Part shown: positions 31,300 through 41,154 of the stretch, piece by piece
How positions within the stretch are numbered: position 1 is the first letter of the stretch
Layout: every line of letters starts with the position of its first letter
From: an uncultured delta proteobacterium
Lineage (GTDB): Bacteria; Myxococcota; Myxococcia; Myxococcales; Anaeromyxobacteraceae
NCBI GenBank assembly: GCA_963766715.1
Contig: CAVYBH010000008.1
Span: 160,001 to 224,000, forward strand
Reading direction: 5' to 3'
Length of the DNA: 64,000 nucleotides
Program-made: the position numbers and the translations under genes
Notes under the pieces: model-generated
Told to the model about the DNA's origin: nothing
The model's database searches: none
Seen by the model: the letters and a program-made list of their open reading frames with translations, nothing else

Positions 31300-32258
31300 A
31301 TGGCCCGCAGGTTCAATCCCAGGAAGGTCGGCCTCTTCGTCCTCGCGGCCACCGTGCTCGGCATCGCCGCGACCCTGTACCTCGGCGGGAGCCGGATCCT
31401 CCAGCGCAAGGTGCGCTTCGCGGTGGTCTTCGCGCAGGACATCGCCGGCCTGGAAGTCGACGCGCCGGTGAAGTTCCGCGGCGTGCCGGTGGGACGGGTG
31501 GCGAGCATCCACCTCTCCATCGGCTCGCCGGAGGCGCCGCTCCGGGCGCTCTTCATGCCGGTCGTCATCGAGCTCAACCCGTCGCGCATCCAGGAGCTCG
31601 GGGAGTCGACCGACCTGGGCAACCCGGCGGTGGTGAAGACGCTCGTCGAGCACGGGCTGCGAGCCCGCCTGGCCCTCGAGAGCTTCCTCTCCGGACGCCG
31701 CTACGTCGACCTCGACATCATCCCCGATGCGCCGCTGCCCGGAGCCTCCGCCGTTCGCGCTTCCCTACCCGGTGATCCCGGTCTACCGGGAGCCGAATCT
31801 CATGGCGCTGCAGGCGGACGCCTCCAAGCTGATCAGCAAGCTCCAGGCCCTCGACCTCGAGGGGCTCATCGCCGACTTCCGTGCGGCCGCGGCGGGCGTC
31901 GCGCGCGCCTCCGGCCGCATCGACGACGCCGGGCGCGGCATCCCCCGGACCCTCGAGAGCATGGACCGCGCGCTGGCCGCCATCCGCGACGCGGCCCGGT
32001 CGCTGGAGAAGGAGATCCCGAACGTGGCCGGCGACGCGCGGGGGGCCATGCAGCGGCTCGCCGCCGCGCTCGACCAGATGGACGGCACGCTGCGCGAGGT
32101 GAAGCTGTCGCTCTCGCCGGGCGCGCCCGTCCCGGTCCAGCTCGAGCAGACGCTGCGCGAGGTCGGCCAGGCCGCGCGGTCGCTGCGCGTGCTCGCCGAC
32201 AGCCTGGAGCGGGACCCGAGCCAGAATCGTCCGCGGTCGACCGGAGGCCAAGCCATGA
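31300..32258 (+). CDS. MCE/MlaD family protein (frameshifted)
   Basis: KVGLFVL, GLEVDAPVKFRGVPVGRV, GLRARL, ARSLRVLADSLERDP. Confidence 0.88.
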
Positions 32259-32836
32259 CCCACCGCATCCTCGCCGTCGCCCTGCTGGCCGTCGTCACCG
32301 GCTGCCTCTCCCCGCGCACGGAGACGTCGCGCTACTACACGCTTCCGGACGCATCCCCACCTCCCACCGCGGCCGCTCCGGTGGCCTCGGTCGGGCTCGG
32401 CCCGGTCACCTTCCCGCCCTACCTGCTTCGCCCGGAGCTGGCCACGCGGCTGGGGCCCGAGCGCATCGCCTACGCGGCCTCCGACCGCTGGGCGGGACCG
32501 CTCGACGAGCTCGTCCTCCGGGCGCTCTCCGAGGAGCTCCGCGCGGGGCTGCCAGCCCGGGCAGTCACCCGCTGGCCGTGGCCGCTCGGCGCCCCGCCCG
32601 AGGTGGCGGTGGCGGTGGATCTGCTGGCCTTCGAGGCCGACGCGGCCGGGGGGGCGTCGCTGGACGGCCCGCTGGACGGTGACGCGCCCCGGCATGGCGC
32701 CGGTCGCCGGCGAGACCCGCGTCGCGAGGACGGGAAGGCAGGCGACGTGGCGGGCTCGGTCTCGGCCCTCGGGCGGGCCCTGGGGGTGCTCGCCCGGGAC
32801 GTCTCGGCGGCCGCCCGGGCCCCCGCCTCCCGGTGA
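32255..32836 (+). CDS. PqiC-like ABC transport auxiliary lipoprotein (frameshifted)
   Basis: Lipobox VTGC, RYYTL, GPVTFPPYL.RP, RWAGPL. Confidence 0.85.
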   Translation: MTHRILAVALLAVVTGCLSPRTETSRYYTLPDASPPPTAAAPVASVGLGPVTFPPYLLRPELATRLGPERIAYAASDRWAGPLDELVLRALSEELRAGLPARAVTRWPWPLGAPPEVAVAVDLLAFEADAAGGASLDGPLDGDAPRHGAGRRRDPRREDGKAGDVAGSVSALGRALGVLARDVSAAARAPASR

Positions 32837-32919
32837 GCGCCAGGGGATGCGATTCGCACCTCCCCTTCGCGCCGGATTCGTGGTTTGTACGGGGCCTCGC
32901 TCGCCGTCCGGAGGTCACC

Positions 32920-35109
32920 GTGAGAAGAATCGCCCCGCACCTCGCGCTGCTCGCTCTCCTTCTCTCCCCCGCGGCCGCTCTCGCGGACGGCGGCATGTGG
33001 ATGCCGCAGCAGATGATCGACCTGGCCCCCCGCCTGAAGAAGCTCGGGTTCCAGGGCAATCCCAAGGCCTTCGCCGACCTGACGGGCATGCCCATGGGCG
33101 CCGTGGTCTCGCTCGGCGGCTGCAGCGCGTCCTTCGTGTCGCCCGACGGGCTCATCATCACGAACCACCACTGCGTCACCGGCGCGCTCCAGTACAACGC
33201 CACCCCGGAGCGGAACACCGTGAAGGAGGGCTTCCTCGCCCCGACCCGCGAGGAGGAGGCCTGGGCCGGCCCCGGCTCGCGCGTCCTCGTCACCGTCGCG
33301 GTGCGGGAGGTGACGAAGGACGTCACGGGCAAGCTCGGCGCCGACCTGACCGACTTCCAGCGGGGCGAGGCCATCGAGAAGCGGACGAAGGAGCTCACGG
33401 CCGCCTGCGAGAAGGAAGGGCTGCGCTGCCGCGTCGCCTCCTTCTTCGAGGGGCTGCGCTGGTTCGAGACCGCGGCCGTGGAGCTGAAGGACGTGCGGCT
33501 CGTCTACGCCCCGCCCTCGTCGATCGGCAACTACGGCGGCGAGACCGACAACTGGCGCTGGCCGCGCCACACCGCCGACTTCGCCTTCTACCGGGCCTAC
33601 GTGGGCAAGGACGGCAAGCCGGCCGCGTTCGACAAGGCCAACGTGCCCTTCAAGCCCCGTCACTTCCTCGCCGTCGACCCGGCCGGCGCCAGCCCGGGCG
33701 AGCTGGTGGTCGTGGCCGGCTACCCGGGGCGCACCTCCCGCCACGCCACGGCCCGGGAGATGAAGGACCTCCTCCAGTGGAGCTACCCGCGCACCGCGCG
33801 CCGCAACAAGGACATGCTGGCCATCCTGGCCGAGCTCTCGAAGGGCTCGAAGGAGACCGAGATCCGGGTCGCCACCCGCGTCCGCGGCCTGGCCAACTCC
33901 ATGAAGAACCGGGAGGGCGTCATCGAGGGCGCGCAGAAGGGCAAGCTCCTCGACAAGAAGTCGGCCGCCGAGGCCGAGCTCGCCGCCTGGATCGACGCCG
34001 ACTCCGCGCGGAAGAAGAAGTACGGCACGGTCATCGGCGCGCTCGACGACCTCCAGGCGAAGCGGGAGGCCGTGCGGGAGCGGGACGCGACCCTCCTGGC
34101 CCTCTACTCGAACTCCTCCCTGCTCGGCTCGGCGCGCACCGTCCGGCGGCTCGCCGAGGAGCGCCAGAAGCCCGACGCCGACCGCGACCCCGAGTTCCAG
34201 CAGCGCAACTGGGAGCGGCTCCGCGAGGCGCAGGAGCGGGTCCAGAAGACCCTCGACCTCTCCGCCGACCGGGCGCTCCTCCGCTACGCGCTCGTCGAGG
34301 CGGCGGCGCTGCCCGCCGCGCAGCGCATCGAGGCCGTGGACGCCGCCATCGGGCTCTCCGCGGGGATCGCCGAGGCCGACGCGAAGGCCAAGATCGACGC
34401 CTGGCTGACCCAGCTCTACGCGACCCCGTCCCGCCTGGGAGAGACGAAGTCCCGGATGGCGCTCGTCGACGGGAAGCCGGAGGAGGTGCTGGCGGCGAAG
34501 GACCCGTTCCTCGACCTCGCCGCGGCCCTCGCCCCGCTCGACAAGCAGATCCGCGACGCCGAGAAGTCCAGGGCCGGCGCCATGTCGCGGCTGGGCCCGG
34601 TCTACATGCAGGCCATGCTGGACAAGGCCGGCGGCCTCGTGGCCCCCGACGCCAACTCCACGCTGCGCGTGACCTTCGGCACCGTGAAGGGGGTCTCGCC
34701 CCAGGACGGGGTGATGTACCTGCCCCAGACCACGCTCCAGGGCGTGGTCGCCAAGGCGCGCCCCGGGGACAAGGAGTTCGATGCGCCGCCGGCGCTGCTC
34801 GCCGCGGCCGCCAAGGTGCTCGCCACCGGCAAGGGCCCGTTCGTCGACCCCAAGCTCGGCGACGTCCCGGTCGACTTCCTCTCCGACGTCGACACCACCG
34901 GCGGCAACTCCGGCTCGGCCGTGCTGAACGGCAAGGGCAAGCTCATCGGGCTGCTCTTCGACGGCACCTACGAGACCATCGCCTCCGACCTGCTCTTCGA
35001 CCCGGTGAACACCCGCTCCATCCAGGTCGACATCCGGTACGTGCTCTGGGTGGCGAGCCAGGTCTCGGGCGCGACCCGCGTCCTCACGGAGTTGGGCATC
35101 AAGCCGTAG
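32920..35109 (+). CDS. S46 family dipeptidyl peptidase (DPP7/DAP BII-like)
   Basis: DGGMWMP, CSASFVS, TNHHC, NWRWPRHTADF, DANSTLR, TGGNSGS, FDG. Confidence 0.95.
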   Translation: MRRIAPHLALLALLLSPAAALADGGMWMPQQMIDLAPRLKKLGFQGNPKAFADLTGMPMGAVVSLGGCSASFVSPDGLIITNHHCVTGALQYNATPERNTVKEGFLAPTREEEAWAGPGSRVLVTVAVREVTKDVTGKLGADLTDFQRGEAIEKRTKELTAACEKEGLRCRVASFFEGLRWFETAAVELKDVRLVYAPPSSIGNYGGETDNWRWPRHTADFAFYRAYVGKDGKPAAFDKANVPFKPRHFLAVDPAGASPGELVVVAGYPGRTSRHATAREMKDLLQWSYPRTARRNKDMLAILAELSKGSKETEIRVATRVRGLANSMKNREGVIEGAQKGKLLDKKSAAEAELAAWIDADSARKKKYGTVIGALDDLQAKREAVRERDATLLALYSNSSLLGSARTVRRLAEERQKPDADRDPEFQQRNWERLREAQERVQKTLDLSADRALLRYALVEAAALPAAQRIEAVDAAIGLSAGIAEADAKAKIDAWLTQLYATPSRLGETKSRMALVDGKPEEVLAAKDPFLDLAAALAPLDKQIRDAEKSRAGAMSRLGPVYMQAMLDKAGGLVAPDANSTLRVTFGTVKGVSPQDGVMYLPQTTLQGVVAKARPGDKEFDAPPALLAAAAKVLATGKGPFVDPKLGDVPVDFLSDVDTTGGNSGSAVLNGKGKLIGLLFDGTYETIASDLLFDPVNTRSIQVDIRYVLWVASQVSGATRVLTELGIKP

Positions 35110-35128
35110 CCGGGAGTAGCATTCGCGG

Positions 35129-35907
35129 GTGACCCGACGACCGGAGGACCTGGCAGCGCTCGCGCGCCGCATCGAGCGGGCGCATGCGCTCCAGCTGGAG
35201 CGCACCCGGGCGGCGCGGGGCTCCGGCGCTCCGGCCATCGAGGTGGCCGGCGGGCTCGCCGTCTCGCACGGCGTCCGCTCGCCGTTCTCGGCGGCGGTGG
35301 GCGTCGGGATCGGCGCCCCCGTCACCCCGGGCGACGTGGACCGCATCGAGGCCCACCTCGGCCTGGGCGGAGGGCCGGTGCGCGTCGAGGTCACCCCGTT
35401 CGCCGACTCCTCCCTCACCGAGGAGCTCGGGCGCCGCGGCTACCAGCTGGAGCGCTTCTTCCAGGTCTGGACGCGCAGCCGGCGAGCGGCGAGCCGGGCC
35501 GGGCGGTGCGGGTCGCCGCCGCGGGGGACGCCGACCAGTGGGTGGACGTCTTCTCGCGCGCGTTCCTGGGCGCTCCCGCCCAGTCGGAGGCGCAGCGCGA
35601 GGCCCTGCGCTGCATGGTCCTCGCCGAGGGCAGCGTGGCCTGGCTGGCCGAGGAGTCGGGCGCGGCCGTGGGCGTGGCGCTCGCCTCCTCCGAGGGCGGC
35701 GTGGCCTGGCTCTCCGGGGCCGGCGTGCTCCCGGCCCACCGCGGCCGCGGCCTCCAGGTGGAGCTCGTCCGCGCCCGCCTGGCGTGGGCCTCCGCCCGGG
35801 GCTGCGACCTGGCTGCGACCGCCACCGAGCCGGGCACGGCCTCCCAGCGCTCGCTGGAGAGATGTGGATTCCGGGCCGCCTATCCGAAGGCGGTCCTCGT
35901 CCACTGA
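35129..35907 (+). CDS. GNAT family acetyltransferase (frameshift near 35490)
   Basis: VLPAHRGRGLQ, SQRSLERCGF. Confidence 0.82.
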
Positions 35908-35936
35908 CCGCTGGCACCTCGCTGGAGGGACGTCTC

Positions 35937-36707
35937 ATGGCGACCGAAGCGGCCGGACCTTCTCCCCTCTGCCTGGTGACCGGGACGAGCTCCGGCATCG
36001 GGGCCGCCGTGGCGGAGGAGCTCCTCCGGCGGGGATGGGAGGTGGCCGGCCTGGCCCGCCGCCCCTCCCCGATCCACCACGCGCGCTACCGGCACGTCCG
36101 GCTCGACCTGGCCGACACCGCCAGGCTCGAGGCCCTCCTCGAGGGCAGCCTGGGCGACGAGCTGGGGCTGGAAGGGCGTCCCCGCGTCGGGCTCGTGAAC
36201 GGCGCCGCCACGCTCGAGCCGGTGGGACCGACGGGCGCGCTGCCGGCCGCGGGGCTGGCCCGCGCGTTCGCGGTGAACGCGGTCGCGCCCATCTGGCTCC
36301 TCGGCTTCTTCCTGCGCAGGGTCCGGGGCGCGAAGCTCCGGATGGTGGACGTCTCCTCGGGCGCGGCGCGCCACCCGTACGCCGGCTGGTCGGCCTACTG
36401 CTCGACCAAGGCGGCGCTTCGCATGGCGGGCGAGGTGATCGGCGCCGAGGCCAGGGACTACGCCCCCGGGACCGCGCTCCCCACCGACCTCTCGCTGGTG
36501 AGCTACGAGCCCGGCGTGGTCGACACCGAGATGCAGCAGGCGGTGCGCGGCGCGCTCGCCGGGGCCTTCCCGCAGGTGAAGCGCTTCCTCGACCTCCACG
36601 CGTCCGGCCAGCTCCATCCGCCGTCCCGGCCGGCCGTCGAGATCGCCGACCTCCTCGAATCGGACGGGCTCCCGGTCTTCTCCGAGCGTCGCCTGGGCGG
36701 CAGGTAG
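35937..36707 (+). CDS. Short-chain dehydrogenase/reductase (benzil/sepiapterin reductase-like)
   Basis: VTGTSSGIG, SSGAA, YCSTK, PGVVDTEMQ. Confidence 0.9.
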   Translation: MATEAAGPSPLCLVTGTSSGIGAAVAEELLRRGWEVAGLARRPSPIHHARYRHVRLDLADTARLEALLEGSLGDELGLEGRPRVGLVNGAATLEPVGPTGALPAAGLARAFAVNAVAPIWLLGFFLRRVRGAKLRMVDVSSGAARHPYAGWSAYCSTKAALRMAGEVIGAEARDYAPGTALPTDLSLVSYEPGVVDTEMQQAVRGALAGAFPQVKRFLDLHASGQLHPPSRPAVEIADLLESDGLPVFSERRLGGR

Positions 36708-36757
36708 GCCCCGTCCCGGCCGTCGCGCCCGCTCTCCTCCCCGTGTATGGGTGTCGG

Positions 36758-37967
36758 ATGGCCGTCCTGTCCACCCGGGCCCTGCTCGCCTCCGGACTCC
36801 TCGCCGCCTCGGGCGCCGCCTGCGGACCCATGAGCCACGCGCCCATCCGCCCCGACCTGCTCGACAGGAGCACCGGCCGGGCGAGCCCGCCGTTCGCCGA
36901 GCCCGCCCCGGAGAGGATGCGGGTCGCCGTCTACGGGGACTCGCAGGGCAACACGGCCGCCCACCGGGCGATCGTCGCCGCCATCCTGGCCGAGAAGCCC
37001 GACCTGGTGCTCTTCGCCGGGGACGCCATCGACCACCTCCCCGCCGGGCACATGCCGGACTGGGGCGGCTGGCAGTACCTGATGCCCTTCTGGCCCCAGT
37101 ACGTCCGCGGCTACGGGGCGGTCTCGCTCGCCTCCATCGTTCCCTTCCCGGCCGCCATCCACGAGACCCTCCTCGGCGCCGTCGCGCCGCCCCGCAAGCC
37201 TCCCGACCTGAACGGCTGGCTGGAGGACACCGCTCCGCTCCGCGAGGCCGGCATCCCGATCCTCGCCGCCCGCGGCAACCACGACTCGTATCACCGCGAG
37301 GACGAGGCCCAGTTCGCGGCCATCTTCTCCCCGCCCGGCGGGCCGCAGCTCGCCACCGACGCCTTCTGGTACGCGGTGGACCGGGACGGCTGGCGCTTCC
37401 TGGTGCTCGACACCGGGACCGACATGCTGGGCGACCGGGATCCCATGCCGGCTGGCGGCCCGCAGCTCTCCTGGCTCGAGGCCCAGCTCGCCGAGGCCGA
37501 CCGGACCGGGCGCCGCGCCATCGTGCTCGCTGCACATCCCGCCCTTCTCCTCCGGCAAGGAGGAGCGTGGCGCTCCGTGGGTGAAGAAGCTGGTGGTGGA
37601 GGGCATCCTCGACCGCCACCCGGTGGCGCTCGTGCTCTCCGGGCACATCCACGCCTACGAGCGCATCGTCCGCCCCGGGTTCGAGGGGCGGCCGGTGAGC
37701 TACGTGGTGAGCGGGGGGGCGGGCGGCCGGTTCTTCCAGCGCGCCCAGTCGCCGGTCGAGGGCTCGGCGATCTTCGTCGAGCAGGTCCGGAACTTCGTCC
37801 TGCTCGACCTGGGACCGGACGGAATCTCCGGGCGGGTCATCCCGGTCCGCGTGCCGGGCGAGGACTGGCGCAAGCCGGCCTCCCCGCTCGACACGTTCGA
37901 GGTGGCGCTGCCGCGCCGGGGCGCCGGCGATCCGGCTAGTGGTGGACGAAGTCCCAGCGGCCGGTGA
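36758..37967 (+). CDS. Calcineurin-like metallophosphoesterase, putative lipoprotein (frameshift near 37535)
   Basis: GDSQG, GD, GNHD, SGHIHAYER, YVVSGGAG; possible lipobox GAAC. Confidence 0.85.
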
Positions 37968-38557
37968 TGCCCGCCGACCACATGGTCTGGTAGACGCCGG
38001 TCATCGGGAAGTTGAGGCCCACCATGCGCCCCTCGATCCCCAGGGCGAACGGCTCCGGACGCCACACCATCGCGCTCAGGCTGGCCATGAACCCCAGGCT
38101 GAGCTGCGACACGGTGTTCGTCGAGCCCGACACTCCCGGTCTTCACGACCACGTCGTACAGCCCCAGGCCCACCCGGATCCGGAACCAGTCGATGTCCCA
38201 GCCCGGGCCGATGGCCAGGCCCAGCGCGTAGGAGGAATTGTTGGCGAAGATCGTCTGGCTGCCGCCGGGGGAGAGGACGTTCACGTACTGCCCGCTCGCG
38301 AGGATGGGGACGTACGAGATGTCGATGAACGGGTGGGTGAAGTGCTCGCCCCGGTAGGCCACGGACAGCGCGACGGAGGGTCCGCCGTTGTACCAGGCCA
38401 GGTTCGAGCTATCGATGCCCGGGAAGGCCAGCTGACCGTAGCCGGCGAAGAGATCGACTTCCCAGGCGTAGTGCGGGGTCTCGACGGGAGCGGGACTCTC
38501 GGCGCGGGCGGCGCTGGTCGACGCGGCGAGCGCGAGTGCGAGGAGGACGTGTCTCAC
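37936..38557 (-). CDS. Small outer-membrane beta-barrel-like protein (frameshift near 38130)
   Basis: Signal peptide, alternating aromatic/Gly strands, ends WSAGITGRWDFVHH; GTG overlaps the upstream stop. Confidence 0.55.
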
Positions 38558-40042
38558 GGTGTCGTGACCTTGGTCGGTGCCCAGATCGGCGCGGTCCCCA
38601 CCACCTCGAAGCGCTGATTCGCCAGCCCGAGGTAGTTCGTGAGGAATCCGTTCGGCCCGGCAGTGGTGAGGAACGCGTCCATGGTGGCGGGGTCGTTGAT
38701 GGTCCAGAAGCCCACGAAGTAGCCCTGCTCCTGGAGCGACTTGACCTCGCTCGTCATCGGGCCGCGGGTGTAGCGCGGCATCCACGCGACGCAGGGGACC
38801 GTGGTCACGTCGGCGCTGTTCTCCTCGATGAGACAGTGCTGGTTCGGCGCCAGCTGGCCGGCGGCGAGCGCCTGCTGGTAGGTGGTCACGAAGTCGGCGC
38901 TGGGCAGGCCGATCACCCCGCGCTCCCAGACCGGGCGGCTGCCCGGGTAGAGGCACTTCTTCCCGGCCGGCGGCCACGCCGCGGGGGAGCCGGGAGGAGG
39001 CGGATTGCAGGGGACGAGCTTGTCCTGGAGCTCGCCCAGGATCTGGCTCACCGGGACGATCACGTCGGTGGTCTTGCTGTCGAGGTAGGTCGGGAAGTTC
39101 GTCCGGGTGAAGATGTACTCCAGCATGTCGACGACGCGCGGGATGATCTCGCCGTTCCGGAGCCGGCAGTTCGCGAGCAGCTCCTCGTACGTGTAGTCCT
39201 CGATCTGCCCGGTGCAGTACACGCCCTGCACGTCCATGGGGTAGAGCCCCATGTGGAAGAAGACCGGCACCTTGTCCTTCGTCAGGTGGAGGTCGATCTC
39301 CATGTAGTCGGCGCCCATCTGGGTGGCCAGGATCGACGTCTCGGGGGTGTTGATGGAGACCCCGCAATCGTCGGCGTTCTGGCAGGCGCCGTGGTGGACG
39401 CCCACGAAGAAGGTCTGCACCCCGTCGGCGTTGGCCTTGCTCTTCCGGGGCCGCACCCAGTTCACCGATGAGGGGAAGGCTCGGAGCGTTGACGCCGTTG
39501 CCGGTGGAGCCGACGAGCTGGGCGTGAACGGCCGGCGGCGGACGGGGATCGCCGGGAAGGTCGGTCGAATTCCAGGCCGGCGCGTTGCAGACGTAGTCGA
39601 TGATCTCCGGCGGCGAGACGAAGAGCCGGACGAGCCCGTTCGTGGTCGGCGAGGGCTCCTGATCGAGATAGCGCCAGTAGCCCTCGAGGACGAGCCGCGT
39701 GACCGGAACGTCTCGCCCGTGGTGTCCAGGAAGCAGCCGGGCTGCAGGATGGCGAACCCGGCGTGCTCGCCTGCGAGGATCGACACCGAGGACTTCATCC
39801 CGTCGGTCACGCCGCCCCACTGGCTGCCGTGGACGATGACGGTGGAGCCGAACCGGCTCGAGGTGTCGTAGACCCCCTCGAGCGCGTTCTGGAGCGACCA
39901 CGGGTTGGGCGGCGCCTTGGAACGGGCGATCAGGCCGCCTCCCGGGAAGACGGGCGGCTCGGTGCTGGCTCTGCCGCGAGAAGCAGCCGGTGGCGGCGAG
40001 GGCCAGAAGCCCGAGCGCGACGAAATTGCGGTCAGAATTCAT
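38554..40042 (-). CDS. Lipoprotein with divergent glycerophosphodiester phosphodiesterase (GDPD) domain (frameshifted)
   Basis: Lipobox ATGC; GVHHG, GADYMEIDLHLTKDKVPVFFH, IP, LDSK, WTIND, GFLTNY. Confidence 0.75.
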
Positions 40043-40886
40043 AGCCAGCCAGGAGTCCGATGTACCAGATCTTCTTCGAGACGAAGGGCTCGCTCGTCGG
40101 CGTGGCCTCGACGTTGAAGAAGATCGGGTAGTTCGACGCGGTGTTGTAGAGGGACGCCCCGTAGTAGAAGACGCCCTGCTTCGTGGGCGAGTACTCGACG
40201 AGGGCCGTCAGGCCGAACCCCGCGTAGGAGGCGGCCGAGGGACTGAGGACGAGCCCGCCGAGGTTCACGGCCTGGTACAGCGAGAGGTAGGCCTCGTACT
40301 GGAGCGTGAGCCAGGAGTCCTTCGAGACCTGGATGCCGGCCTTGGCTCCGGGGTCGAGGAGCACGCCCCACCCGGTGGTGTTGAAGGACGTGGTGGCGAT
40401 GAGCGCCTTGCCGAGCGCGCCGAAGTAACCGTTCACGTGGGCCATGACGCCCAGGCTGAAGGGGCCGACCTTGGCAGCCCACTCGGCGCCGACGCCCAGC
40501 TGGTTGTAGAGGACGATGGTCTGGAGCCGGGCGTCCACGCTGAACCCCGCGCCCACGCCGCGCGTGTAGCTGGCCGTGAACATGGGGGCGATCTGCCAGA
40601 GCCCGCCCACCGCCCAGCGATCCTTGCCCTTGCCCGGGCCTTCCGGGAAGAAGGTGAGGCCGCGCTCCGGGTAGGCCCACGCGGGGGTCTCCCAGGGAGG
40701 CTTCGGAGTCTGCTGGACGAGGATGACCGTGGTGTCCTTGGTCGTCTTCTCGTCCACGACGACGAGCGGCGCGGCGGCCGCGGGGGGGACCGGGTCGGCG
40801 GCCAGCGCCAGCCCCGGCGCCAGCGAGGCGGCGAGGGCGGCGAGGACCGCGATACCGGTGCGTCTGCTCAGTTGGACGTCACTCAC
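40032..40886 (-). CDS. Putative outer-membrane beta-barrel protein
   Basis: Signal peptide, amphipathic strands, C-terminal YIGLLAGYEF beta-signal. Confidence 0.65.
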   Translation of the reverse strand: MSDVQLSRRTGIAVLAALAASLAPGLALAADPVPPAAAAPLVVVDEKTTKDTTVILVQQTPKPPWETPAWAYPERGLTFFPEGPGKGKDRWAVGGLWQIAPMFTASYTRGVGAGFSVDARLQTIVLYNQLGVGAEWAAKVGPFSLGVMAHVNGYFGALGKALIATTSFNTTGWGVLLDPGAKAGIQVSKDSWLTLQYEAYLSLYQAVNLGGLVLSPSAASYAGFGLTALVEYSPTKQGVFYYGASLYNTASNYPIFFNVEATPTSEPFVSKKIWYIGLLAGYEF

Positions 40887-41154
40887 GATCAGGCTCGTCG
40901 CTCCGGACAGGGGCTGGACACCAAATGTCGAAGCTTGTTGGTCTATCTGTCGCCACCGGGGTCGTCCATCCGTTTCGTGCCACGCCCCTTCGGGGACGCC
41001 GGGGCTTCCCGTCTTCCTCGTCCTCCAGCATCCGGTACTTCGGGCCCTCGGGGTCGTCGTACTGGCCGCTGCGGACCGACCAGAGGAACCCCAGCCAGGC
41101 GGCGATCCCCAGTCCCAGCGAGATGGCGATGAGGAAGCCGAGCGACACGTTCAC
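40879..41154 (-). CDS. ccoS: cbb3 oxidase assembly protein CcoS (3' end uncertain, may stop at 40943)
   Basis: LIAISLGLG..FLWSVRSGQYDDPEGPKYRML. Confidence 0.85.
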   Translation of the reverse strand: MNVSLGFLIAISLGLGIAAWLGFLWSVRSGQYDDPEGPKYRMLEDEEDGKPRRPRRGVARNGWTTPVATDRPTSFDIWCPAPVRSDEPDRE

